64,000 nt of DNA from Candidatus Kapaibacterium sp. (GTDB lineage Bacteria > Bacteroidota > Ignavibacteria > OLB7), in contig DASZRW010000111.1 in assembly GCA_035549015.1 (NCBI GenBank), forward strand, positions 4,609 through 68,608. Direction: 5' to 3'. Position 1 is the first letter of the stretch, and every line of letters begins with the position of its first letter. Under the pieces are notes generated by a model. The model ran no database searches. It saw only the letters and a list, made by a program, of their open reading frames with translations, and was not told the origin of the DNA. A program made the translations under genes and the position numbers. Positions 46,532 to 57,241 of this stretch are shown piece after piece.

Positions 46532-47349
46532 ACCAGATCGAACGTGAAGAGCTTGTCGAGCGCTATCTGGCGGGAGAGATGAGTCAGGCACAGGAGGCCG
46601 ACTTCTTTCTCAACGTCGCCGTGGATGGCGATCTGCAGCGCACGCTGAAGGCGTTTCAGGTCATGGATCGCTTCATCCAGGGTGATCGCGAGCACACGGC
46701 TGCCGAAACCGGCCGCTACCGCCAGCGCATCATGGGGATTCTGGCCGCGACGCCGGGTGCAGCCATCGGTACGGTCGCCGGCACGGCGGCAGGCTCCTCC
46801 TCCGGCGCAGGTGCTGCCGGAGCCGCCGGTACGGGAGCAGCCTCCGGCGCTTCCACGGTTGGTGCTGCGGCTGCGGGCGGATTCCTGAAGACGGTGGTTG
46901 CCGTTGTTGTCGGCGGCTCGCTCGTTGGCGGTACGGCGCTCGTGATCAATCACTATCAGGCGCCGGAACCTGTTCGTGTTGTTGCTCCGGCCACGGAGTC
47001 GCCGCGGATCCTTCCCCCCACGATTTCCGCACCTCCGGCAGCCGCCGCACCTGCAGCCGCCGCACCGGCTGCCACTGCGCCCACAACGGGCGCGCCGGCC
47101 GGGACGCCGTCGCAGGTGCCCGCGGCCGATGGGGCGGGGCCCGAGGGCCAGGCCGCGGCTTCCGGCGATGTGAACGGCATCGCCCAGCATCGGCCGCATC
47201 GTGCAAACGTGCGCTCCGGCTCTGCACATCAGGCCACTGCGGCATCGGGCCATACCAGGCCCACACAGCCGGTGAAGCTGGGAACCACGAACACGTCCAC
47301 CCCGATGCGGGTCACGGTTGATGACTCGAAGGCCAATGGGAAGAAGTAG
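46528..47349 (+). CDS. putative anti-sigma factor (single-pass, Ala/Gly/Pro-rich)
   Basis: ATGA overlap with the sigma factor stop. N-terminal ELVERYLAGEMSQAQEADF, typical of zinc-free anti-sigma N-domains. One TM helix (TVVAVVVGGSLVGGTALVI). The extracytoplasmic part is low complexity. Confidence 0.7.
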   Translation: MNQIEREELVERYLAGEMSQAQEADFFLNVAVDGDLQRTLKAFQVMDRFIQGDREHTAAETGRYRQRIMGILAATPGAAIGTVAGTAAGSSSGAGAAGAAGTGAASGASTVGAAAAGGFLKTVVAVVVGGSLVGGTALVINHYQAPEPVRVVAPATESPRILPPTISAPPAAAAPAAAAPAATAPTTGAPAGTPSQVPAADGAGPEGQAAASGDVNGIAQHRPHRANVRSGSAHQATAASGHTRPTQPVKLGTTNTSTPMRVTVDDSKANGKK

Positions 47350-47541
47350 GATGGCTCAACCGGCCTGAAGGCCCTGCGGCATCGGGAGGAGGCAGGCTCG
47401 CGAGTGCCGACGATGGAAAGATCATAATTGCTGCCGTCAGAAAGCGGGGCCCCGGTGCTGGGTCCCGTTTCGATTGCGGCCGCTGCATGTGGTGAATCAC
47501 TGCGCTGCTGCAGTGGAGAACGAACGGCGGAGAAATGAACA

Positions 47542-47575
47542 GGGGCTCCCGGTATCGAACCGGGAGCCCCTTTCT
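47542..47575. terminator. bidirectional intrinsic terminator between the anti-sigma gene and ald
   Basis: Perfect 11-bp stem GGGGCTCCCGG / CCGGGAGCCCC with a 7-nt loop, followed by TTTCT. Lies between convergent gene ends. Confidence 0.75.
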
Positions 47576-47615
47576 CACTATGAACCGGTAGGAGCATGGC
47601 GTGCCGTACGGCCGG

Positions 47616-48731
<1,116 letters not shown>

Positions 48732-49011
48732 TGCTGAGGTCTGTTGCGTTTAGGGTTGAGTCTATCAGACTGTGTCAGTTGTGTCGTGTTCCAGTGGGGA
48801 CTGTCGAACAACGTGCTCCGTGCGCCGCATCGCGGCCGCATGGCATCGGATCGTTATCGAACAGTCCGCGATGTCGACGGAGCCCAACAGGGTGTTGGAG
48901 CGAAGAGCCTGCAAATATAGACGAACGGAGTCTTCCGGCGAAGGGAGGCGCCGGCGGATATGCATGCCGGCTGCAGGCTGGCCAGGGGGCGGGAAGGGGA
49001 TCGTGGGAAAG

Positions 49012-49047
49012 CAAAGGCCCATCCACCGGTTGCGATGGATGGGCCTT
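49012..49047 (-). terminator. intrinsic terminator of the bacilliredoxin gene
   Basis: 13-bp stem AAAGGCCCATCCA / TGGATGGGCCTTT. On the minus strand it is followed by TTTGCTTT, 8 nt past the stop at 49055. Confidence 0.75.
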
Positions 49048-49054
49048 TGAAGCT

Positions 49055-49486
49055 TCATGCCTTCACGGCGCAATGGGCGTCGAAGGCGTCCTTGAGGTTC
49101 TCCGCGATCATCTGCGCGGTGCGCCCCTCGATATGGTGGCGCGGGATCATGTGCACCACCGTGCCGTCGCGCATCAGCGCGATCTGCGGCGAGGAGGGAG
49201 GGAACCCGAGGAAGTAGTCGCGTGCACGCTGCGTTGCCTCGCGGTCCTGCCCGGCGAACACGCTCACCACATGGTCCGGCAGCGTGCCGTGCTGCAACGC
49301 CAGGCGCAGCGCGGGGCGCGCACTGCCGGCCGCACATCCGCAGACGGAGTTCACGAAGACGAGTGTTGTTCCCGGCTGCGCAATCGCGGCGTCCACGGCC
49401 TCCGGTGTCAGCAGTTCGGTTACACCGATGCTTGTCAGTTCGTCACGCATCGGCTGCGTAAGCGTTGGGTCATAAAGCGGAAGCAT
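49055..49486 (-). CDS. bacilliredoxin (BrxA/BrxB, YphP/YqiW family, DUF1094)
   Basis: 143 aa. Collinear with B. subtilis YphP as I recall it: LVFVNSVCGCAAGSARP (CGC active site), VFAGQDREAT, PSSPQIAL, IPRHHIEG, AFDAHC. Confidence 0.9.
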   Translation of the reverse strand: MLPLYDPTLTQPMRDELTSIGVTELLTPEAVDAAIAQPGTTLVFVNSVCGCAAGSARPALRLALQHGTLPDHVVSVFAGQDREATQRARDYFLGFPPSSPQIALMRDGTVVHMIPRHHIEGRTAQMIAENLKDAFDAHCAVKA

Positions 49487-49834
49487 GAATCTCTCCTTCG
49501 GTCAGCGTCTGTTGAGTAGGCTCCAGATTTGATAGCGGACAACCGCTAAACATACGTTGTGTGGTGTAGACGATAAAGCGCATTCGCCGCGTGTAATATA
49601 TCCTTAAGAATTTCTGCCGCGATGTCCGCAGTCGTCCGAACGGTCCACCTGCGTAACGCGGTTCTTCGCGGTGGGCTGCCTCCCCGGCGGTTCGCCTTCG
49701 CGGCGTTGTCCTTCGGCTGCAGTGCTGCCGGCTGCACTGCTGTCTACAGTGCTCTCCGTTGGGTGCCTGTGCCAATCCGTACGGCTTCGTACCTTTGCGC
49801 CTCGATATCATTCCCGTCACTGAATGCCGTTCCA

Positions 49835-50806
49835 ATGCGACACATCGATCCTGCAACGATACATCACTCCGAATCGCATCGCTATCTGCTCGCCGGCGTC
49901 GCGCCCAGGCCGATTGCCTTCGTGGGCACGGTGGATGGCGAGGGGCGCCCCAATCTCTCCCCCTTTTCCTTCTTCAATGCCTTCGGCGCCAACCCGCCAG
50001 TGGTTGCCTTCTCCCCGGCCAATCGCGGCAGCGATGGAACGCAGAAGCACACGTACTTCAACATTCGCGCCACCGGCGAGTTCACCGTCTCCGTGGTTTC
50101 CTATTCCATGGTGGAGCAGGTGAGCCTCGCCTCCGGCGACTTCCCGGATGGGATCGATGAGTTCATCAAGGCCGGCTTCACCAAGCTCCCCTCGCACAAG
50201 ATCAGGCCGTTCGGCGTTGCGGAGTCGCCGATGGTGATGGAGTGCCGGCTGCTTCAGTACGTGCCGCTCGGCAACGGCCCCGCATCGGGGAACCTCATGA
50301 TCGGCGAGGTGGTGATGTTCCATATCCGGGAGTCCGCGTTCGAGGGGACCTATCTCAACGCCGAGCGCCTGGATCTGGTTGCCCGCATGGGGGGCCCGCT
50401 CTACTGCCGCGCCAGCGGGCCGGCGGTATTCTCGCTCGCCAAGCCGACGCATCCCGGCATCGGCTTCGATGCGCTTCCTGAATATCTCCGCACCAGCGCC
50501 ATTCTCACCGGCAACGACCTGGCGAAGTTCGCCGGCGTGAAGAGCTATCCGGAGATCGGTGCCGTGCGCGACTTCTGGAACGCACTCCTCGCTTCGGAGG
50601 AGGCGGCGGTTCCCGATGCGTTCGAGATCGAACTGCGCGTCGGCGCCGCCGATCGCGCACTCGCGATACTCGCCGCCCGGGTTCGCGGCGGGGAGGATTT
50701 CGTATCGCTCCGCGATGAATTGCATCGCGTTGCGCAGGCCTATCTCCGGACCGGTAACGTCGAGCGCGCCTGGCACTGCGTGCTGGCCGAGGATGCGCTC
50801 GGTTGA
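49835..50806 (+). CDS. flavin reductase-like (FMN-binding split barrel) protein with C-terminal extension
   Basis: Trimmed to ATG 49835. YLLAGVAPRPIAFVGTVDGEGRPNLSPFSFFNAFGANPPVVAFS is typical of the flavin reductase domain. Confidence 0.82.
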   Translation: MRHIDPATIHHSESHRYLLAGVAPRPIAFVGTVDGEGRPNLSPFSFFNAFGANPPVVAFSPANRGSDGTQKHTYFNIRATGEFTVSVVSYSMVEQVSLASGDFPDGIDEFIKAGFTKLPSHKIRPFGVAESPMVMECRLLQYVPLGNGPASGNLMIGEVVMFHIRESAFEGTYLNAERLDLVARMGGPLYCRASGPAVFSLAKPTHPGIGFDALPEYLRTSAILTGNDLAKFAGVKSYPEIGAVRDFWNALLASEEAAVPDAFEIELRVGAADRALAILAARVRGGEDFVSLRDELHRVAQAYLRTGNVERAWHCVLAEDALG

Positions 50807-51389
50807 TCGGTGCATGCATTTCCGGGAATCCATGTGCTCATCGTGTGCCGGCCTTGCTGCGAGCGCGGCCGGACCAGTCTGCCAGCATCGGCCGTCAGCG
50901 TATGAACAACGCCGCGCGGCAATCACTTCGCCGCCTCGCCATCTGTTTCGTGCCGTCCGTGCCGGCTGCGATCACGGCCGGCGGACAGGTATGTATCGTC
51001 ACGCGGGACAGCGTGGCCGTGAGTGGTGGGATCGTTCGCTTCAATCGGTGGCGGGCTGGGTTCCCGGAACGATCAATCCGGTTGCAGGAGATACCTGTGC
51101 AGGCTGGGGCCTGCGCGTGGCTCCGGGTGGTGTTCCCGGCGTCCACCACGGATACGAACTGGATATCGTCGAAACGTTGTTGATGGCCCGGACGCTTCGT
51201 TGATGATTATCATCGGCGTCCAGTTGGCGGCATTCGGCTGGTACCAGACCTATTCGGACTTCGAGCCTCTCGGCAACTCGATTCACCCGGGGAGCACCTG
51301 GGCTCATGTGGGCGTTGGGTATACGCATCGGTTCCGGTAGCACGGGACGGCGTATCCGTTGAGAACGCCGGTCCCATCATGCGATGCGA

Positions 51390-52805
51390 TTACCTCCGCA
51401 GCGCAATGCGCAGCCACAGATACCCCAGCACACCGGCCAGCAGCGACGCGCAGAGGATGGCGAGCTTCGCCATTGAGGTGAACGGCTCCTGTCCGTTGAA
51501 GCTCAGCTCGGTGACGAAGATGGACATGGTGAAGCCGATGCCGGCGAGCATGGACGCGCCATAGAACTGCGGCATCGTTGTGCCGCGCGGCATCTCGGCA
51601 ACGCGTGTACGCACCGCCAGCCAGCAGAAGAGGAACACTCCTGCCTGCTTGCCGAGCAGAAGCCCCACGAACACACCGGGCGCGATGCCGTTGGCGAAGA
51701 GGTCGCCGATGCTGCCGCGCGAAATCGTTACGCCCGCGTTGGCCAGGGCGAATGCCGGCATGATGGCGTAGGAGACCCACGGCGCAAGCGCATGCTCCAG
51801 GCGGATCAGCGGCGACTGTCCCTTCTCCGTCGCCTTCTCGATCTCATGCACCGCCTCCTGCCGCGTGCCCAGTTCCTCGTGCCCCGCCGTATGGTGACCG
51901 GTGAGCATCCCGCGGTAGCGAGCGAGTGCCTTCTCCATGGCGATGAGCCACTGCGAGCCGTCGTACAGTGTGCGGACCGGAATGGCGAGGCCCATCATCA
52001 CGCCCGCGATCGTTGCGTGCACGCCGGACTTGTACATGCAGAACCAGACCGGAATGCCGACAACCACATACCACAGCGGCGCGCGCACGTGACGGGCATT
52101 CATGGCGATCGCGACAAGCCAGCCGGCGATTGCAAGAAGGAGCGGAAGGAGGGAGATCGATGTCGAGTAGAAGACGGCGATCACGATCACCGCACCCAGA
52201 TCATCCGCGATGGCGAGTGCGAGCAGGAACACCTTGAGCGCGGGCGGGATGCGGCTGCCAAGGAGCGAGAGGACGCCGACGGCGAATGCGATGTCCGTTG
52301 CCATTGGAATTCCCCAGCCGTACAGGCCGGGGCCGCCTGCATTGAATGCAGCATAGATCGCTGCCGGCACCGCCATGCCGCCGATCGCGCCGAGAATGGG
52401 GAGGGCGGAGCGTCTGAACGATGACAGGTGGCCGATCAGCAGTTCGCGCTTGATCTCGAGGCCGATGGCGAAGAAGAAGATCGCCATCAGCCCGTCGTTC
52501 ACCCAGCCGTGCAGCGACATCGACGCATGCAGCGGTCCGAGTTCCATCGTTCCCGGGAGTTCGAGCAGATGGTGATACCAGTCCGCGATGCCGGTATTCG
52601 CAGCGAGCAATGCGAGCGCGGTGCAGGCAATCAGCACCATGCCCGGCATCTCCGGCCGCGCCAGGAGCGCCTTCACGCGCTCTACCCCTGCAACGCGCCG
52701 TTCACTCGTGCGCTGCGATCCGTTCGGTCGTTGAGCGTTCCGTTTCATTGAACGGCCAAGATACTGCTGCGCCCGATATCCGGCGCTTCCGAGCGACGCC
52801 TTCAA
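51390..52805 (-). CDS. nhaA: Na+/H+ antiporter NhaA
   Basis: WVNDGLMAIFFFAIGLEIKRELLIGHL, IADDLGAVIVIAVFY and about 12 TM helices. The start is either ATG 52805 or ATG 52748. Confidence 0.92.
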   Translation of the reverse strand: MKASLGSAGYRAQQYLGRSMKRNAQRPNGSQRTSERRVAGVERVKALLARPEMPGMVLIACTALALLAANTGIADWYHHLLELPGTMELGPLHASMSLHGWVNDGLMAIFFFAIGLEIKRELLIGHLSSFRRSALPILGAIGGMAVPAAIYAAFNAGGPGLYGWGIPMATDIAFAVGVLSLLGSRIPPALKVFLLALAIADDLGAVIVIAVFYSTSISLLPLLLAIAGWLVAIAMNARHVRAPLWYVVVGIPVWFCMYKSGVHATIAGVMMGLAIPVRTLYDGSQWLIAMEKALARYRGMLTGHHTAGHEELGTRQEAVHEIEKATEKGQSPLIRLEHALAPWVSYAIMPAFALANAGVTISRGSIGDLFANGIAPGVFVGLLLGKQAGVFLFCWLAVRTRVAEMPRGTTMPQFYGASMLAGIGFTMSIFVTELSFNGQEPFTSMAKLAILCASLLAGVLGYLWLRIALRR

Positions 52806-53032
52806 CCCGTGCCTTCAACCCATGCAACCGCACAGTGCGGGGGGCCGCGGCCGTGCATCCCGATGTTCCGTGGAGCGGATGCATGTGCCGTCTGCTTTGC
52901 GGGGGAGGATGAATCGGAGTTGCGGGTTCCGGCATCGATGGATATGTTGGGCCGCCGTACGGCAGCCGTTCCTGCGCCGCGACATGCGGCTGCAGGCTTC
53001 GGGCTCTCTGCAATCCCACATTCATCCTCGGC

Positions 53033-53704
53033 ATGCGATCGCACGCTTCTCACCGGCTTCAGGCGATCACGACGTTCGCAGCGGGTATCTGCCTGCTGGC
53101 CGTTCTTCACGCCGCGCGGGGCATGGCCGGTACGCCATGCGCGCCGCCGGCAATGGAGGGGGATTCCGTGCTCCGCTCTCCGCAGCGATGGCTGCCCGGC
53201 GGTGTTCCGGGCGTCGATACGGCGGCGGCTCCTGCGGCCGCCGCGGAGGAAGGGCGCGGATGGGATGCACGCGGGCGCCTGCAGTTCGGTGTCTCCTGGC
53301 TGCGCATGCATGCCGGTGCCGGCCTCCTTCCGCTCCTCTACATCGCTGCGAACTATCGTGTGAGCACGAATCCCGGCGCCGAGGGTGACCGCCGTCTGCG
53401 GCTCGGGGTTGGAGGGGAGATCGGTCTCTTCTATCTGTACCCGTATCTGCGCCTGGGCCCGGAGCTTCGATGGGGCAATGCCGTTGCGGAGGCGCATGCC
53501 GGCGCTGCCGCGGTGTTTCTGGTGGGGCCGGTAACGCCAGCCGGTGCGGGAGGGCTCTTCGCCGGCGGCTCGCTCGGCTTCATCCTTCCCGGCGGCGATC
53601 TGGATGGGTTCGAGTTCAATGTCGGATTCGATTACATCCAACTGCTCAACACAGCTCGTGCCGCAACTCCGATGCCGTACCTCTCCGCCGCGATGCGGTT
53701 CTGA
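53033..53704 (+). CDS. putative outer-membrane beta-barrel protein
   Basis: 223 aa. Signal-like N-terminus (ITTFAAGICLLAVLHAARG), Gly/aromatic alternating strands, terminal ...AAMRF (C-terminal Phe). No family recognised. Confidence 0.5.
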   Translation: MRSHASHRLQAITTFAAGICLLAVLHAARGMAGTPCAPPAMEGDSVLRSPQRWLPGGVPGVDTAAAPAAAAEEGRGWDARGRLQFGVSWLRMHAGAGLLPLLYIAANYRVSTNPGAEGDRRLRLGVGGEIGLFYLYPYLRLGPELRWGNAVAEAHAGAAAVFLVGPVTPAGAGGLFAGGSLGFILPGGDLDGFEFNVGFDYIQLLNTARAATPMPYLSAAMRF

Positions 53705-53717
53705 GTAAGAGAGGGGT

Positions 53718-53800
53718 GATGAGTGATGGATGATGAGTGATGGATGATGAGTGATGGATGATGGGTGATGGATGATGAGTGATGGATGATGGGTTTGATG
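53718..53800. repeat. 14-bp tandem repeat, about 5.9 copies (GATGRGTGATGGAT)
   Basis: Units start at 53718, 53732, 53746, 53760 and 53774, with a degenerate one at 53788. Begins 14 nt after the upstream stop and ends 80 nt before the M61 peptidase ATG. Confidence 0.9.
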
Positions 53801-53880
53801 TGCATAACCCATAACTCCCATAACCCTGCCGGTGGCTCGCGGCGTTCTTCAACTCGGATTTTTTCTCCAGCGTATTCTCC

Positions 53881-55683
53881 ATGCCATATTCAATCGAACA
53901 GACCGACGCACAACTGCCGGAGACAACGGCGCGCATCCGATATCGCCTGACCTTCCCGCAGGCCGCTCAGCATCTGGTTCACGTGGAGATGAACGTGGTG
54001 AACGGCGAGGGGGAGCCGGTGGTTGCGATGCCCAACTGGATACCCGGCTCCTACAAGGTGCGCGACTTCATCGCCTATCAGGGTGATGTCGCGGCGCATG
54101 GGCCGGATGGCAAGGCGCTTGCCATGGAATGGATCGCGAAGAACCGGTTGCGCATTGCGGCGGGGGGGAAGAACTTCACGCTCCGCTACTCCTACTTCGG
54201 CAACGAGCGCTCCGTGCGGCAGACGCATGTCAATCGCGTTCATGCCTTCATCAACCCCGCCAACTGCCTCATGTATGTGGAGGGGCGGCTGGAGGAGGTG
54301 CACCATGTGGAGATCGAGCATGGATGGGCGCACGTCTCCACGGCGCTTTCGCCGGTGCGCGAAGATGTGTGGGGCGCGCTCAACTACGATATCCTCGCGG
54401 ACTCGCCGATCGAGATCGGCAGCCACTTCGTGGCCGCGTTCGAGCGGCATGGATCGATGCATGAGGTTGCCGTTACGGGCACGGGGGACTTCGATCCCGA
54501 GTGGCTCACCGAGCAGACGAAGCGCATCGTGGATCATGCGGTGTGGATGTGGGGATCGCTTCCGTACGATCGTTACGTGTTCATCATTCAGCTGCTCCCC
54601 GGGCAGTTCGGCGGATTGGAGCATGCGCGCTCCTCGGTCAACATGTTCGATTCCGAGTGCTTCAACGATCGCCGCCGGGTCGTGAAGCTGCTCACGCTCC
54701 TGTGTCACGAATACTTCCATCTCTGGAACGTCAAGCGCATTCGTCCGGTGGAACTGGGACCGTTCGATTACAACAGCGAGAACTACACGCCGATGCTCTG
54801 GCTGGCCGAGGGTGTTACGTCGTACTACGACGATCTCATCTCCTACCGATGCGGCTTCCAGAGCCGGACGGAGTACCTGCAGACGCTTGCGGAGGATCAT
54901 CTGGGCCGGCTGCAGGACATTCCGGGGCGCCGTGTCATGCCCATCAAGGAGAGCAGCTACCTGAGCTGGGTGAAGCTCTACATGCCGACGCCCGACTCCA
55001 TGAATCGTACGGTGAGCTACTATCTGAAGGGGGGCGTGATCTTTCTTCTGCTGGACGCGTGGATCATCGCGGAGACCGGAGGTGCGCACCGGCTGGATGA
55101 CGGCATGCGCGCTTTGTTCGCACGGTACTTGGAGGTCCCCGGTCGCGGAGTGAGCGAGGAGGAGTTCATCCAGATCGTCTCCGCTGCCGTCGGTGTGGAT
55201 GTCGGCGTGCTGCTGCGCGGCTGGCTGAACACCGCCGACGAGCTTCCGATCGGCGCAACGCTTGCGCGCATCGGATTGGAATGGCGGCCTGCAACGGCCG
55301 AGACCGCCCCCACGTTCGGTGAAGGTCTGCCATATCAACCATCGCCTCCGGCCAGGCGCATCGGGGTGCAGACCGAGGAGATACGGAGCGGGCTGAAGGT
55401 GGCCAAGGTGTGGCGCGATTCGCCCGCCGAGCGGGCGGGGCTTGGCGTTGATGACGAGGTGATCGCCGTGAACGGCACGCGTGTCACCAGCAATGCGCAG
55501 TTCAATGCGGTGATGCGCGGCGTCCTGGGGCAGCAGAGCGTTCGCATCACCGCGGCAAGCGAAGGGGTGTTGTACGATGCCACGGTGCAGCCGGAGGCAC
55601 GGGAGACCTTCGAGCTCGTGGAGCAAAGCGACATGACGCCGGAAGTGCGTGCGCTGCTCGATCGCTGGCTGCAGCGGGCGTGA
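53881..55683 (+). CDS. M61 family glycyl aminopeptidase with C-terminal PDZ domain
   Basis: 600 aa. Zn motif HEYFHLWNVKRIRP, then WLAEGVTSYY. PDZ-like GLKVAKVWRDSPAERAGLGVDDEVIAVNG. Confidence 0.9.
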   Translation: MPYSIEQTDAQLPETTARIRYRLTFPQAAQHLVHVEMNVVNGEGEPVVAMPNWIPGSYKVRDFIAYQGDVAAHGPDGKALAMEWIAKNRLRIAAGGKNFTLRYSYFGNERSVRQTHVNRVHAFINPANCLMYVEGRLEEVHHVEIEHGWAHVSTALSPVREDVWGALNYDILADSPIEIGSHFVAAFERHGSMHEVAVTGTGDFDPEWLTEQTKRIVDHAVWMWGSLPYDRYVFIIQLLPGQFGGLEHARSSVNMFDSECFNDRRRVVKLLTLLCHEYFHLWNVKRIRPVELGPFDYNSENYTPMLWLAEGVTSYYDDLISYRCGFQSRTEYLQTLAEDHLGRLQDIPGRRVMPIKESSYLSWVKLYMPTPDSMNRTVSYYLKGGVIFLLLDAWIIAETGGAHRLDDGMRALFARYLEVPGRGVSEEEFIQIVSAAVGVDVGVLLRGWLNTADELPIGATLARIGLEWRPATAETAPTFGEGLPYQPSPPARRIGVQTEEIRSGLKVAKVWRDSPAERAGLGVDDEVIAVNGTRVTSNAQFNAVMRGVLGQQSVRITAASEGVLYDATVQPEARETFELVEQSDMTPEVRALLDRWLQRA

Positions 55684-55831
55684 TCGTGCTCCCGCCGGGA
55701 GCGCGCCGCTCGTCACCGGCTGTGTATCACCATGCGCGAAGCGCGATCCGCACATCGTCCGGATCGCGCTTCTGTTGTCACATGCCGGCCTTACCTGCGT
55801 TCGCGGCGGGTGAAGTGCCGAACCTCGGGAG

Positions 55832-56347
55832 CTACCGCGTTGCTGCGGCTCCCAATCTCCCCGCCATCAGAACTCCCACACCATACGAATGCCCGGATCC
55901 GTTGCCGATCATACCCAGCGGCGGAGTAGGATCCGGATCGAGATCGTTCGTGTTGCAGGCCAGGTTTGGCAGCTTCTCCTGATCGCCGAAGTCCTTCGGG
56001 TCCACATTGTCTCCCTCGGCTGCCTGGTACGTCATCTTGATCGTCTCCGTCCACTTCTGCGCATCCATTCCCTGCCACGCCTCTGCATCCTTCGGATCCT
56101 GCTCCGGTGGCTGCGGCCGCTGAAGTGCGTCATAGACCGTAACCTTGCAGGTCCAGAGTCCGATGCAGAGATATCCGTCAAGGCGTCCCAGATTCCGTCC
56201 CGTGATATCGTACACGTGTGGGTACACTCCGTCGCAGCGGATGAAATAGATTCCCGGCGGAAGCACATAGATCGCGGACGCCTGCTTCACCCCGGCGATG
56301 AAGGTGAAGAGTGTGGCGATGACAAGGAAGAGTTTTCGCACTCGCAT
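55832..56347 (-). CDS. small secreted hypothetical protein
   Basis: Trimmed to ATG 56347, preceded by GGAGG. Signal peptide MRVRKLFLVIATLFTFIAGVKQASA. 4 Cys and an acidic Pro/Asp-rich C-terminal half. Confidence 0.6.
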   Translation of the reverse strand: MRVRKLFLVIATLFTFIAGVKQASAIYVLPPGIYFIRCDGVYPHVYDITGRNLGRLDGYLCIGLWTCKVTVYDALQRPQPPEQDPKDAEAWQGMDAQKWTETIKMTYQAAEGDNVDPKDFGDQEKLPNLACNTNDLDPDPTPPLGMIGNGSGHSYGVGVLMAGRLGAAATR

Positions 56348-56704
56348 AAAGCCTCCATGGTGTTGAGTTGGTATGCGGCCGGGAGGCGATGTCGCGCAGA
56401 GGTGTTGCGCGACGGTTGAGTGGACCGGCTTCCGGCCGCTTGTCCAGAGCGGTGGGAAATTAGAGTGCGCAGCCGGGCGCGGGGGGGACGAATGGATATG
56501 CGTGTTGTGCCGGAAACAGGCGTGCAGTTCGGTTGAGCAAGTGTGGGCGCGGCGCATGGCGCGAATTGCAGACGCACCGCGTCTCCAGCATACGGGGAAA
56601 TCCGATCCGTTCGTTCGTGGGCTCACGGCCGGCCGCACGAACAAGCCATGTGCGCGTTGGTGGCGTATGCCCTCCCCGCGTGGGCAACCATGATGTCGGG
56701 AACC

Positions 56705-57241
56705 CTATGCGGCCGCAGCATCGGCAAGTGGGAGGCGCCAGGAAAAGCCGATTTCAGCGTACTCACGGCCGCCGATCGTGGTGCTCTGCTCGCGGGTTTC
56801 CGTGCCGTTCATGCGATGATAGAAGCCGCGGCCCGGATTGTCGCGCAGCACCCAGACCAGCATGGTCCTCATGCCAACCGCGTGCAGGGCGGCGGCGGAT
56901 GCACCGAACAGCCGTGCACCGATACCGTACCGCTGCCGCTCCGCGAGGAGATAGATCGCATACAGCTCGCCCGCGCACTCGTCATCGCAGGAACGTTCCG
57001 GTCCGGCGGCGGCAAACCCGATCACGCCGCGCTCCGCCTCCACCGCAACCAGCAACGAACGGCGTTCGATGTCCGCCGCGCCAAACCACCGTTCCCACCG
57101 CGCCGCCCGCTCCTCTGCATCCATCGAAGCCAGGTACCCTGCGTCGATGATGTCGCGATACGTCGTGCGCCATGCCGCCACCTGTACCTCGGCAATGGAG
57201 CGCGCGTCATCCGCGGTTGCCGGGCGCAGCCGGACATTCAT
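56705..57241 (-). CDS. GNAT family N-acetyltransferase
   Basis: Trimmed to ATG 57241, which has a 4-nt ATGA overlap with the upstream gene. VIGFAAAGP...ELYAIYLLAERQRYGIGARLF is the acetyl-CoA binding motif A. Confidence 0.85.
   Translation of the reverse strand: MNVRLRPATADDARSIAEVQVAAWRTTYRDIIDAGYLASMDAEERAARWERWFGAADIERRSLLVAVEAERGVIGFAAAGPERSCDDECAGELYAIYLLAERQRYGIGARLFGASAAALHAVGMRTMLVWVLRDNPGRGFYHRMNGTETREQSTTIGGREYAEIGFSWRLPLADAAAA

Noticed and set aside
52802-53821. A 339-aa minus-strand ORF whose N-terminus translates the 14-bp repeat as HHPSLIIHHPSSITHHPSLIIHH.
   Set aside because: The 14-bp period cannot maintain a reading frame as a true peptide repeat. The rest of the ORF is antisense to the OMP-like gene and overlaps the nhaA start region.
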